From IMG/VR virus record IMGVR_UViG_3300028549_002288: a stretch of 64,000 nucleotides of DNA; one strand, written 5' to 3'. Position 1 is the stretch's first letter, and each line of letters begins with the position of its first letter. Position numbers and translations under genes: made by a program. Below the pieces are notes generated by a model that had not been told where the DNA came from, ran no database searches, and saw only the letters and a list, made by a program, of their open reading frames with translations. Below are positions 37,075-46,643 of the stretch, piece by piece. The stretch comes from a virus.

Positions 37075-37764
37075 ATGAATAGTTTATTAATTAACCTCCT
37101 CGCATTACAGCAAAATCTAAACGATGATAGTAATGGACCAGGCTGGGAATCTGGCGTAAACAAATACGGAAAGAAAATTAACTGGGGCCTATGCGTAACC
37201 AGTGAGGCTATGGAGCTGATAGATTCGTTCGCATGGGAACATTGGAAATTGGTGGATAGACCAATTGATCTTCCTAATGCTAAGACCGAACTAGTGGATA
37301 TTTTCCACTTCGTAATGAGTGAGGTAATAAGAGTCGTCGAAACGGAAGTTGCTTACGAAGAACTAGATGAGGCTATAGACAAATCTGTTAAATACCTCGA
37401 TAGTAAAAATAACAATGAATGCAAATCATTGGATATAATATCAGAATGCGTGAGGGTGTTAATCATCACCTTTAATTCAAAAAGTTCCATAGACGAGAAG
37501 TTTTTTGCCTTTTGGGATTTAATGGATGCGATGGGAGTAAGCTTCAGAGAATTAGCCGTTAGGTATTTGGCAAAAAATGCTCTTAATACACTTAGACAAG
37601 ACAACGGATATGCGAAGGGAACGTACAATAAGTTCTGGAACGGAAAAGAGGATAACTATTACGCTCAAACTGTAGCCGATGAGATTATTAGTTCCGGCTC
37701 AGAGACGCCAACCGTTGGGATTATTTATTCCAAGTTGCAAGAAATATACATGACGACAAACTAA
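37075..37764 (+). CDS. dut: Dimeric (all-alpha) dUTP diphosphatase
   Basis: EAMELIDSFAWEHWK, ELVDIFHF, KNALN.LRQDNGY..G.Y.K.WNGKEDN. Confidence 0.9.
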   Translation: MNSLLINLLALQQNLNDDSNGPGWESGVNKYGKKINWGLCVTSEAMELIDSFAWEHWKLVDRPIDLPNAKTELVDIFHFVMSEVIRVVETEVAYEELDEAIDKSVKYLDSKNNNECKSLDIISECVRVLIITFNSKSSIDEKFFAFWDLMDAMGVSFRELAVRYLAKNALNTLRQDNGYAKGTYNKFWNGKEDNYYAQTVADEIISSGSETPTVGIIYSKLQEIYMTTN

Positions 37765-37770
37765 TAAATG

Positions 37771-37802
37771 TATCATACTGGACTTACCAGTCCAGTATGA
37801 TA
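37771..37802. terminator. 14-bp stem bidirectional terminator
   Basis: tatcatactggact-tacc-agtccagtatgata between convergent genes. Confidence 0.75.
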
Positions 37803-38548
37803 CCTAATTTTCCTTCGACAGCACTAGCGTCGTAAATAGCTGATGATGTGGATAATAATCCTCTAGTTTCCATGTATACTTTAGATATTCCTATCTTAAA
37901 ATTGGTATCGTCGAAAACGGATGACAAAGTTCCTAAATCAATAAAGATGCCGGGAACAAATCGAGATCCGGTATAGTTATAAACCCCGTTAAACATTGTT
38001 TCACAACCACCTGTAACGCCTTCATTTTCCCGACCTAGCATTCTTATCACTCTTACGACGGATGGAACATTTAATAATCCATCTTTCGGTTCAGTAAACG
38101 AACAAACAGATTTAGAATAGTATCGCTCGTCAGATTTAACGTTAACGGTTGGCTTATTTGTTTTAATATTGACGGAGACGATACTATCGACTTCTATAGC
38201 TACTGAGGGTATCCCGTCAAAATTTTTATCAATAATGTCGAAATCAGGACAGACTAAAAAGTCATTATACTTTTTATCAAATATAATAGATATAATCGTA
38301 TCCGAGAAAGGAGAGATAAGTCTTTTTACGTTTTTGAATCTGTCTGGATAATCCGGATCATAGATGTCATTATCCGGAGCACTCATATCTGATGGACTTT
38401 CGGATACAGACAGTGCCTCTAAGGATCTTTCCTTTACAGCTAAGAAATTACGCACGGCTACGACTTTTAGAATGACATCAGCCGTAACATTGGTGGTTCC
38501 GAAAGAAACCACCTTTACTTTTCTAATTAAAGCCCCTTGCGTCTCCAT
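37784..38548 (-). CDS. Hypothetical protein (254 aa) downstream of tail tube
   Basis: ORF track; starts 2 nt after the tube gene stop. Confidence 0.65.
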   Translation of the reverse strand: METQGALIRKVKVVSFGTTNVTADVILKVVAVRNFLAVKERSLEALSVSESPSDMSAPDNDIYDPDYPDRFKNVKRLISPFSDTIISIIFDKKYNDFLVCPDFDIIDKNFDGIPSVAIEVDSIVSVNIKTNKPTVNVKSDERYYSKSVCSFTEPKDGLLNVPSVVRVIRMLGRENEGVTGGCETMFNGVYNYTGSRFVPGIFIDLGTLSSVFDDTNFKIGISKVYMETRGLLSTSSAIYDASAVEGKLGIILDW

Positions 38549-38550
38549 AT

Positions 38551-39507
38551 CTAGATGTTACCGTTATTTTTGAGAACATCACCAGTTTTTAGTAAAGGTG
38601 ATCTCATAATTGGTTCTAGCTCAGTAAAGCCTGGGGTTGTCGATGTTAGAAGAGGGTTATACACATTCGACTTAGCACCTCTCATCTCGTCCCATATTTT
38701 TTGCCCGAGGGCTCTTGTAGCGTCGTCAACAATCGTAAAATGTTTGAACGGAATAGAAAGTTCAACAGGTGTTAAGTCCTCACCAAGCACCCTTTTACCT
38801 TCCACAGTACCTGATGTTTCTGGTATTTCATTGTACGTTATCCAGCATCTTATAACGTGACGCTGAGTGCTTTCTAGCTCAATATACGCACATGAAGCGC
38901 CGATGATATCTGGTCGCTTATCAAATCCGGGGTCAAATGGCAATTGTCGGATTTCGTATTCTCTAACCACACCACTTTGTCTATTATACTCACCTGGGAA
39001 GGCCATATATAACCAATGTTCCAACAAAGCCTGGTAAGTACCGTTACCTACGTCCTTTATCTCCCTAGTGATGGCACTGGCTTCCGTCATGATGCCGATG
39101 GGGGTAAAGAATTTCTCCTGCGAATTATGAATAGCGGTCTCGTCGAATTTACCTGTTCTTGTAGCATTCAATCCTGTTATGGATCTACATGCTGTTGTTA
39201 ATAGGTGATAATATCCTTGTCTGAGCGTAGCTCTGTATGCTTCTTCGAAGACGCTCAGCATTCCCGGCAAAGCCAACGGTATAACAATAACGTGGCTTTG
39301 TATTTTGGGCGTTTGGTTTAGAAACGCCCATTTGGTACTTTCACCTACCTTAGTACCAAGAGAAGGTATCAACGTACCTTGTCCTGGAAGGGCGGGGTTG
39401 AAGTGCAACAACGGCGAATTGTTTGTAAAACTATTGCCGAAAATTGAACTAGATTTTTTTATGAGGTCGTCGACGTTTTTTCTCGTTTGATCACCTGATA
39501 TTGCCAT
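38551..39507 (-). CDS. Tail tube protein (phiKZ gp30-like)
   Basis: 318 aa directly after the sheath; SITGLNAT, LLEHWL, C...N.IP...G..EGKR patterns. Confidence 0.7.
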   Translation of the reverse strand: MAISGDQTRKNVDDLIKKSSSIFGNSFTNNSPLLHFNPALPGQGTLIPSLGTKVGESTKWAFLNQTPKIQSHVIVIPLALPGMLSVFEEAYRATLRQGYYHLLTTACRSITGLNATRTGKFDETAIHNSQEKFFTPIGIMTEASAITREIKDVGNGTYQALLEHWLYMAFPGEYNRQSGVVREYEIRQLPFDPGFDKRPDIIGASCAYIELESTQRHVIRCWITYNEIPETSGTVEGKRVLGEDLTPVELSIPFKHFTIVDDATRALGQKIWDEMRGAKSNVYNPLLTSTTPGFTELEPIMRSPLLKTGDVLKNNGNI

Positions 39508-39521
39508 GGTTTATCCTTTTC

Positions 39522-41516
39522 CTATAAAGAAGCTATAGCTTCTAGTTTCTTGGCAGTTACAGATGATCTCATGATTGTCATCTGTTCTGGTGTTGTAATG
39601 GTAACTTCAACTGCCCATCTTTGTCCTCTTTTCACGTCCTCATCACTTCTACCAACAACAGCATCTATAATAAAGCTAGATGAATAATGAGTGTTGTTGA
39701 TTAAATCCATTAAGAACACTTTTATCTCTGCAAAGAGAGCGTCCGGCGGCGTCGTCTGGTCGCCGGCAAACGTGACCCATGTTTTCACTAACTGTGTCTG
39801 TATGTCGCACATGGCTAACATTGGCAATGTGCTGTCTAGAATGCTGTTAGCCTCTGGGTAGATGGTTTGATGTTTTGTAAATTTATATTGACCACCGCCC
39901 ATTGGTTCTGGATACATAGCATGTAGGTCGTGCAATGCCTTCTTGGTATGCTCATTAAGAATGCCTCCGGATATGCCGTCTATAAGTAACGGAGATCTTG
40001 TCATTCTAACGATCGCGTTATTATTCCATTCTCTGTTTTCGCCACCTGCTATATCCAATAACAACTGAGCCTTAATAGTAGCTAGCGGTATGTTATCAGA
40101 ATCTGAGTGCGAAACGATAATACCTCTAAACGCAGGAGTGTTAAAATACTTAGACTCTAACACGGAAGAATTGATTGCTTCCATAGCCGAAACGATAGCT
40201 ATCCTTTTTTCATTATCCATCACCTCACCATCTATTTCTGACGAAGCAATGAAGAAATTGTTCTGTCGAATAGCGATAAACTTATAGATAGATGTCTTTA
40301 CCTCACTACTAAAGCCGGTGTCGAGTAGCATGGTCTCTTCACTTGTTAATGGATTAAGCACGTAAGAATTTGGATCGTTGTATTCGGACAAAATCTTCAA
40401 CATCTCGTTATCCAAATCAGCATTTGTAAATGAACCGTCACTTCCTCCGGTCATACGATGAGCAATTCCTCTTCCGAAGTTTATTTCGCTTCTGTTCTTA
40501 CTGGCGTCCGGAATTATGATATTGTCTCGGTCTAAACATACTGTTCTGTACGGTACTTTTCTATTTTGACTTTTTAGGGATATGATATCAATAAGCAAAG
40601 GATAATCCTGAGCCGTCGCTACTGTTTCGAAGTCGTACTGTTCGATAGTATCTTCATTCACGAAAGCGAGTTCCGTATTTAAAATCATTTTGGATAATTT
40701 TAATATATTAGAATGATACACTTGAATTCCCATTTCTTCCGGGACTATAGGACCGTTTTCCAAGTTACTATTGAAGTACTTCTCGGTTACTTTAGCAAGA
40801 TCTCTTTCGATATTGTAACTGTCTACCGCCTCTTGCTGAAAGGACACGTGACTTTCCTTAATCCCTGTTAAGTTTTCCATAACTCCTTTAGAATTGAACA
40901 TGGAAAATACATATGTTAATGATTTCTCCATATCGTCATTTCGTAATTCTGGTGAAGACAATGAAATTCCAAGATTATTATAGTACTTTCCGTAACCGCC
41001 AAAAAGACTAAACATCGGAATCATAACAGATTTAACTCCGTTTATCTCCCGACACCCTTCTTTCTCCTCTGTAGAGATACCATCCTCAACAATGAATTTG
41101 ACTGAATATCCTGCTATTGTTGGGATTGTGGGATCTGTTTCTAGTGGTATAATGAAGCGTGCGTCAGCGTCCCTCTTGTAATTTTCGATATTGTCAGTAA
41201 TGATATCGGCGAAGAATGTTCTGCTAGCCATTTGTGCGTTATTGGGAACAAACCTCTTAATAATAAATGTACCGGTTAGCTTTTGCATATTTCTAGAGAT
41301 ATGGGTATAAAAAGTATTCCCTTTTTGATATATTTCCTCTCCGAAATAATGCGTGATCAAGTTAGAGTGAATTTTTAATTTACCTACAGGTCCTTTAGTC
41401 GCAGGCAATAAAAATAACGGAATCAACTGAGGATTACGTAGTCTGTCAAATACATAATTTGTATATGAATCGTCACGTACCCCTCTACCATCGTGATGAG
41501 GTATATTGAAACTCAT
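39522..41516 (-). CDS. Contractile tail sheath protein (phiKZ gp29-like)
   Basis: 664 aa; PQLIPLFLLPATKGP, G.YYNNLGISL, M.GGSDG, DTGF..EVK motifs. Confidence 0.8.
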   Translation of the reverse strand: MSFNIPHHDGRGVRDDSYTNYVFDRLRNPQLIPLFLLPATKGPVGKLKIHSNLITHYFGEEIYQKGNTFYTHISRNMQKLTGTFIIKRFVPNNAQMASRTFFADIITDNIENYKRDADARFIIPLETDPTIPTIAGYSVKFIVEDGISTEEKEGCREINGVKSVMIPMFSLFGGYGKYYNNLGISLSSPELRNDDMEKSLTYVFSMFNSKGVMENLTGIKESHVSFQQEAVDSYNIERDLAKVTEKYFNSNLENGPIVPEEMGIQVYHSNILKLSKMILNTELAFVNEDTIEQYDFETVATAQDYPLLIDIISLKSQNRKVPYRTVCLDRDNIIIPDASKNRSEINFGRGIAHRMTGGSDGSFTNADLDNEMLKILSEYNDPNSYVLNPLTSEETMLLDTGFSSEVKTSIYKFIAIRQNNFFIASSEIDGEVMDNEKRIAIVSAMEAINSSVLESKYFNTPAFRGIIVSHSDSDNIPLATIKAQLLLDIAGGENREWNNNAIVRMTRSPLLIDGISGGILNEHTKKALHDLHAMYPEPMGGGQYKFTKHQTIYPEANSILDSTLPMLAMCDIQTQLVKTWVTFAGDQTTPPDALFAEIKVFLMDLINNTHYSSSFIIDAVVGRSDEDVKRGQRWAVEVTITTPEQMTIMRSSVTAKKLEAIASL

Positions 41517-41579
41517 AAAATCTCCTTATTCTTTTTTATTTTATAATCATTGAAATAAAAAAATAATTATCTACGCGTA

Positions 41580-41810
41580 TAACCGCACGACGGCTACCCC
41601 GTAGCCTTACGTACCTGCTGTTCCGTAGGAACAGAGAAGTAAGCATAGAGGGAGGCTACGGCCTCCCTCTATGCTTATATATAATATATTATATATAATA
41701 TATATAGTAATAATATATATTAATTAACCCCTAACCCAGAACCCCCGGCCCGGGAACCCGGTCGGTGCAATTTTATTATTCATATAATAGTTTTTTTAAA
41801 ATAAAAAAAA
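41580..41810. repeat. Copy 2 of the ~200-bp hairpin/AT/G-quadruplex element
   Basis: Same orientation as 9791-9992; AT tract expanded; two hairpin loops reverse-complemented; C-runs at 41728-41759. Confidence 0.95.
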
Positions 41811-41823
41811 TAGAAATATTATT

Positions 41824-41860
41824 AATATACTAGGTCTAGGATAACTAGACCTAGTATATT
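41824..41860 (-). terminator. 16-bp stem hairpin after the 286-aa gene
   Basis: aatatactaggtctag-gataa-ctagacctagtatatt. Confidence 0.75.
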
Positions 41861-41861
41861 T

Positions 41862-42722
41862 TCAGCAAACTATATAAACCGAAGAACACATTGCGAAATG
41901 TTTTAGAAAAATCTCTGGAGATATTCTATCCGCCTCCGGTGACATCATGACCTCTGACAACTTGAATGTTTGTTGCCATGGTTTGGTCGTATCATCAGAT
42001 GACGGCTCGTCTATACGAACACCAATTACATCTGACCCGCTTCCATCATGACCTATTGTCATTTTGTTTTTTTCTTTATCCAATAGGTAGATGCTCTTAC
42101 CTGAACCGTCTTTGTTTGGTGTCAGGAATAGTCGCCATTCTGCCGAAATTTCAGCAGGGTGTATGTCGTGACCGACTGGGATTCCTCCGGTTGCTATTTT
42201 CCACGCCATAGGAATTGGCAGTTGTCCGTATAGAGCTTGAGCTGTTAGACCTATAGCTTCATAGATCGGTTTTCCGATCAATAGGTTACAGATTTGGAGC
42301 TTCGATAGCTTTCCGGCGTTATCGAGGATCTTGGGCAAATCGCATGTAACGAAAATCCCCATTTCATTACACACGTCATTGACAATTGCCATGGATTCGG
42401 CTGTTATGTCAAATCCCTGTTCTTTCAAATATTTTATCCAATTGATCGACACCTTTTCCAATATCAAACTTTCTGGCACTGGTACGAAAAACCAGTGTTC
42501 TGGAATTTCTTCATCGAAGGCTTGTGAGGCGTCGATAAATCCTCCATGGATTAGGTTATATATAGCCTCGGCGGAATAATCGATATTCCGCGCAACGATT
42601 ATAGATGTTACAAGATCAATGTACAAGACGTGCACTGCGTCTTTTTTACTTAACATCAGTAGAGATGTCATGATCTCTGCTTTCTTTTCTTTGAACATCT
42701 CTGTTCTTTCTATTGTTTCCAT
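41862..42722 (-). CDS. Hypothetical protein (286 aa)
   Basis: AAGGA SD; AT-rich promoter-like region near 42785-42800. Confidence 0.8.
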   Translation of the reverse strand: METIERTEMFKEKKAEIMTSLLMLSKKDAVHVLYIDLVTSIIVARNIDYSAEAIYNLIHGGFIDASQAFDEEIPEHWFFVPVPESLILEKVSINWIKYLKEQGFDITAESMAIVNDVCNEMGIFVTCDLPKILDNAGKLSKLQICNLLIGKPIYEAIGLTAQALYGQLPIPMAWKIATGGIPVGHDIHPAEISAEWRLFLTPNKDGSGKSIYLLDKEKNKMTIGHDGSGSDVIGVRIDEPSSDDTTKPWQQTFKLSEVMMSPEADRISPEIFLKHFAMCSSVYIVC

Positions 42723-42806
42723 TCTGTTCCTTTCTGTTTAAATTGTACGGCTCTTTAAAAGAGCACCTCTATGTTTCTTCAGTATAATATGTATATATAA
42801 AAAATA

Positions 42807-42844
42807 AAGTATACAGATGAGGGTTAACCCTCATCTGTATACTT
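42807..42844 (-). terminator. Perfect 38-bp palindrome containing the stop codon
   Basis: aagtatacagatgagggtt|aaccctcatctgtatactt. Confidence 0.8.
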
Positions 42845-43612
42845 ATCTATTTCGTTAAGGCTTCTTACTATAGTAAGAAGCCTTTCAATCGCACTTTCCG
42901 ACCACCCTACGCGGTGTTCAATGTCACTATAAAGAGAATAGCCACATCGGCTTCCTTCATATCGATTGAAGGGGAATCCTCCTTTTTCCCCTTTGTGCAA
43001 CTCAAATAAGAGTGCCATAGGAATCCTCTTTCTTCCCAGCGCCTTCAGTTGCACTTTTAGTTTTTTCACTAACTCTTCTTTTCGCAAAAATGCGAACTTA
43101 TTTTCCAACCGATAGTTGGAAAATTTCTCTAGTTTTTCGATAAAGAGATTTTTTAATTCTCTTATCTCCTCGATTTTTTTATTTTCGATCTCCTTGCGGA
43201 GGACGAATTTCGTCCCCGGGTCGTTGAAAAATAAGACGTGCGGTATATCCGTAAACTTATAGAAATCCACCCATGTGGCGTAGGCCTGTATTTGCTTACA
43301 AGCCTCTTCTAGGGGCTCGTACTGAGCCTTAAATCTTTCTTCATAGATGGCCAAGGCCCTAGAGGGATTTGTGTCCAAACAGGCCAGCTCGCTGGCCTTT
43401 AGTTTTACTTTTACTATTACCGGGTCGATCCCGATCGTTAACCATACATATTCAAGGTCGATTTCGGCCTTTGAAAGATATCTATAATCTATTCCTGATG
43501 AATAGATTGTGTTTTCGGAATTTGGCTTTTTCAGCACTTCCAGCCATTCAGCCGAAAATCCGACAAGTTCGACTTCTTCGCCGTACGCTTTTATACCAGT
43601 ATTGCATTTTAT
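42824..43612 (-). CDS. Hypothetical protein (~262 aa), probable ATA start
   Basis: Frame is open 25 codons upstream of the track GTG (43537), to an ATA lying exactly where ATG sits in the homologous leader at 16841. Confidence 0.65.
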   Translation of the reverse strand: MKCNTGIKAYGEEVELVGFSAEWLEVLKKPNSENTIYSSGIDYRYLSKAEIDLEYVWLTIGIDPVIVKVKLKASELACLDTNPSRALAIYEERFKAQYEPLEEACKQIQAYATWVDFYKFTDIPHVLFFNDPGTKFVLRKEIENKKIEEIRELKNLFIEKLEKFSNYRLENKFAFLRKEELVKKLKVQLKALGRKRIPMALLFELHKGEKGGFPFNRYEGSRCGYSLYSDIEHRVGWSESAIERLLTIVRSLNEIDKYTDEG

Positions 43613-43720
43613 TCAATTTCCTTTTTGAATTTAAATACCTTACTAATAAATTAGTAAGTTCCAGTCCTTTAAAAAAGAACAACGCTGTTTCTGTTTTATT
43701 ATATGCGAATAGATTTATTT
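43613..43720 (-). promoter_or_regulatory. Putative early promoter + hairpin leader + SD (repeat copy)
   Basis: Matches 16842-16911; TATTCGCATAT at 43701-43711. Confidence 0.75.
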
Positions 43721-43773
43721 TAACTACAATACAGTCCTTTAATAGGTTTATTGATAGATATAAAGGAGAAGTT

Positions 43774-44844
43774 ATGTTGGTTATAATAAACAACAATGGT
43801 ATAGGCTTTAGAAATAACAATTTCTACAACTATACCGCATATACTAGAATAAAAAAACACTTACAATTTGAACTCAGTAAGGTAAAGGAATTCTATAGAG
43901 AGACATCGATCGCGACATCTGTTTTTAACGATAACATTTTTAATAGCATATATAAATTAAAAGGTCTCGACGTAACAAAACCAATTAATGAGTATATTAA
44001 GGATGTTAGATTACTAAACATAAACTATTTTAATTTTATAAACGACCATAACGAGGGTAAGATAACAGAAACGGATCTCGGTAAAGTAATAATACTAGAG
44101 GAGGATTTCGATAGATACAAAGAAATCACGAACTCTAATTACTTAGAGTTTAAACCGCTACGTGTTGTTTATACAAGCAAAACAGATCTGGATATGGCAC
44201 ATCCGTTTGAGAAGTATATATTTAATGTGGATAGTACAGATAGCTACCTCGATTTCATTTCAGTAGACGTTAAGGGAATGTTTATACAATATAAGTACTG
44301 GTTCGATAGCTCTCTTGGAATAGGAGAGAGTTTTGCTAGTTTTGTCTATAAAATCCCGTACACCAATATGATAGGTGACTATTTAGATTGGGCGATTGTA
44401 AATAGAGCTATAATGTCCGGAGGTGTGGTTTCTAAAATAGACATAGATAACCCGCATTCGTTTATATTTAATATATACGCGAACGATACAAAGAAGTATA
44501 TCGAAAGTGTATTAAAAGTATTTACAAACGATAGAGAGTTTCTAATAGATATCTTTAGTAACATCAAATTGATAGATTCCGATAATTTATTTAATTTGAT
44601 TAAATTAGAAGATACAATTTCGAAGCACAAAGAAGTTGATTTCTACAGAATAGCTCTATTAGAATTATTTCATAGTTTTGCTGAAAAAAACAAATCATCA
44701 CGTACGATAAATAAGCCTCTCTTCACAACCTTTCAGAGGGAGGTTAGAAACTACAAATTACGAGGCGGTTTTTTTAGGTTGAATGAGAAGTATATTAAAT
44801 ATAAATATAAATTACTACAAGATCAAATATTGGAGGTAGTGTAA
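43774..44844 (+). CDS. Conserved phiKZ-like virion protein (356 aa)
   Basis: Start ATG 43774 after AAGGAG; PLRVVY...L, QYKYW, NMI..YLD.AIVNR motifs as recalled. Confidence 0.6.
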   Translation: MLVIINNNGIGFRNNNFYNYTAYTRIKKHLQFELSKVKEFYRETSIATSVFNDNIFNSIYKLKGLDVTKPINEYIKDVRLLNINYFNFINDHNEGKITETDLGKVIILEEDFDRYKEITNSNYLEFKPLRVVYTSKTDLDMAHPFEKYIFNVDSTDSYLDFISVDVKGMFIQYKYWFDSSLGIGESFASFVYKIPYTNMIGDYLDWAIVNRAIMSGGVVSKIDIDNPHSFIFNIYANDTKKYIESVLKVFTNDREFLIDIFSNIKLIDSDNLFNLIKLEDTISKHKEVDFYRIALLELFHSFAEKNKSSRTINKPLFTTFQREVRNYKLRGGFFRLNEKYIKYKYKLLQDQILEVV

Positions 44845-45602
44845 TGATAACCGAAGAATTAATGGAGGAGATAAGTTATTCTATCCCTAAGTCCGTTTTA
44901 GAGATGGCTTATGGTAGAATGTATACAAGTAGAATTATCTACGATGTTCTGCATGGAAAGATGATAAAAGACCTTAATATAGGTGGCGGGTCGACAGTAG
45001 ATTATCCTATACGCCCACAGGACATAGTTGGTAGGCAGGACGATGAGGTCTTTATTAAAGTCGATATTCAATCTAGAGTTATTGTTCCAGTAGAAATTAT
45101 ATTGTACGGCCAATGGGCGAAGCATTTGCATTCGAACTATCAACATCCGATGTATCGCGACGAAACAAGTTCCGTAATACGCGCTATGAATTCGTTTATG
45201 AATTCAAATGGTCCCGAATTAAATATAATAACTGATATAGAGAGAAAAGATGTCAATATCTTTTCTGTTAGAGCTATGGGTGTAGAGCTGACCAGTGCTA
45301 TATTTAGAGTGAGGGTATTTAAAAAACTAGAGGAATTTTCATTTGCGTCTAAAGACAAATTAGGAAAATTTGCTGTTCTTTTAGTGAAAGCTGATGTATA
45401 TAATAAACTCGTAATAAGTAGCGAGTTTGGATTTAACGTTAGAGGAGTTCCCAACTCCGCACTTCAAAATGTGATAAATGGTTATGCTAACGCGTTGGAA
45501 GAATATAACACAATGAGAGAAAGTGATATCCCTAGGTTAGTTATTTCCGAAGACAAAAAAATAAATTACGAGATAGCTAAATTACATATACCACGAATAT
45601 GA
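44844..45602 (+). CDS. Conserved phiKZ-like virion protein (252 aa)
   Basis: IPKSVLE.AY, KDLNIGGG, I..YA.A.E.Y motifs; GGAGG SD. Confidence 0.6.
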   Translation: MITEELMEEISYSIPKSVLEMAYGRMYTSRIIYDVLHGKMIKDLNIGGGSTVDYPIRPQDIVGRQDDEVFIKVDIQSRVIVPVEIILYGQWAKHLHSNYQHPMYRDETSSVIRAMNSFMNSNGPELNIITDIERKDVNIFSVRAMGVELTSAIFRVRVFKKLEEFSFASKDKLGKFAVLLVKADVYNKLVISSEFGFNVRGVPNSALQNVINGYANALEEYNTMRESDIPRLVISEDKKINYEIAKLHIPRI

Positions 45603-45604
45603 GT

Positions 45605-46642
45605 TCATTGGTCATGACCAATGAACTCATATTTTTCTTTTTCCTTTATGCTTTTGTAAAACCCTTTCGGGTCTGTAAACATTGGTAGCGTTTTCTTCAA
45701 CGTACCGTAATTCCCCGGAGACCTTTTATAATTATATAAGATGTTTTTTGTTTTTCCGGAAAGATCTACGCTAATAACTTCCCAGAATATAATCTCACCG
45801 TTGTCCGACTCGAATCTTGTTTTATATAAGTTTCGAGTTATCTTGCCACTATCGTTTATCAATAGTGAAAATAACGGGACGTCTTTTAGTTCGTCGTACG
45901 TTATAATATCTCTATTGACAGCGATAAAGTGGTTTTCACCAAATAAAGCTCGGCACATAGGATCTACTAACGCCAGTAGGGAGTTAGTATGTATTAACAT
46001 ATTCGTAGGGATCAAATCGCCTACATCTATATTAATAAGTCTAATCTTTATATGCTTGCCGTTAAGCTTTGCTTTGAGATTTAAGACTTTCGTTGACTGC
46101 GAAGAAGATAAGCAATCGTTATTTCGAATTTCAATATACGGATACTGGTCTTTATAAAAACTAATATCCGTATAAATACGATGCGTCTTTTCCTGTCCGC
46201 GTACAAATGTCTCTCCAGGTTTTACGACAAACGCATTATATACAGTGATTATACTGTATTTTTCAGCAGGTTCGTCTACCTTTACCGATGTACCTTTACC
46301 GTTCATAGACGGGTAGATGATTTTATTTTGATCTTTTATCCACAACGCCTGAGTAGAAACAATCTTGTTTCTTACTACGGTTTTAGAGAGAGGCACGACT
46401 CCCTCTCCTTTTTCATAATCCGGATTTGCAGGTAAGGCCGACCCGATAATCACCTCTTCGATGTCTATAACATTGTTGTTAAGTAACGGCACCAGCAACT
46501 TAGACGTAATTCTGAACCCGCCTACCTTTAAGACATCGCCCTTCGGCACCAGCTCGTGCTTAACCGGGTTATAATATGTTTCCGCCACGTCTATACGTGT
46601 CGCGAACGCGTTAGGTAATATTGGTCTTGAAAATACGGCCAT
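45605..46642 (-). CDS. Hypothetical, probably structural protein (345 aa)
   Basis: ORF track; follows the chaperonin gene. Confidence 0.6.
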   Translation of the reverse strand: MAVFSRPILPNAFATRIDVAETYYNPVKHELVPKGDVLKVGGFRITSKLLVPLLNNNVIDIEEVIIGSALPANPDYEKGEGVVPLSKTVVRNKIVSTQALWIKDQNKIIYPSMNGKGTSVKVDEPAEKYSIITVYNAFVVKPGETFVRGQEKTHRIYTDISFYKDQYPYIEIRNNDCLSSSQSTKVLNLKAKLNGKHIKIRLINIDVGDLIPTNMLIHTNSLLALVDPMCRALFGENHFIAVNRDIITYDELKDVPLFSLLINDSGKITRNLYKTRFESDNGEIIFWEVISVDLSGKTKNILYNYKRSPGNYGTLKKTLPMFTDPKGFYKSIKEKEKYEFIGHDQ

Positions 46643-46643
46643 T

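Noticed and set aside
36987-37163. N-terminal extension of the macrodomain ORF
   Set aside because: Overlaps the divergent dUTPase start; a GGAGG SD supports ATG 36986.
9791-41810. CRISPR array interpretation of the repeats
   Set aside because: Repeats are dispersed pairs or triplets, not regularly spaced with unique spacers; no cas genes.
43369-43773. N-terminal extension of the 491-aa track ORF
   Set aside because: Overlaps the opposite-strand gene and its leader; the SD-supported start is at 43774.
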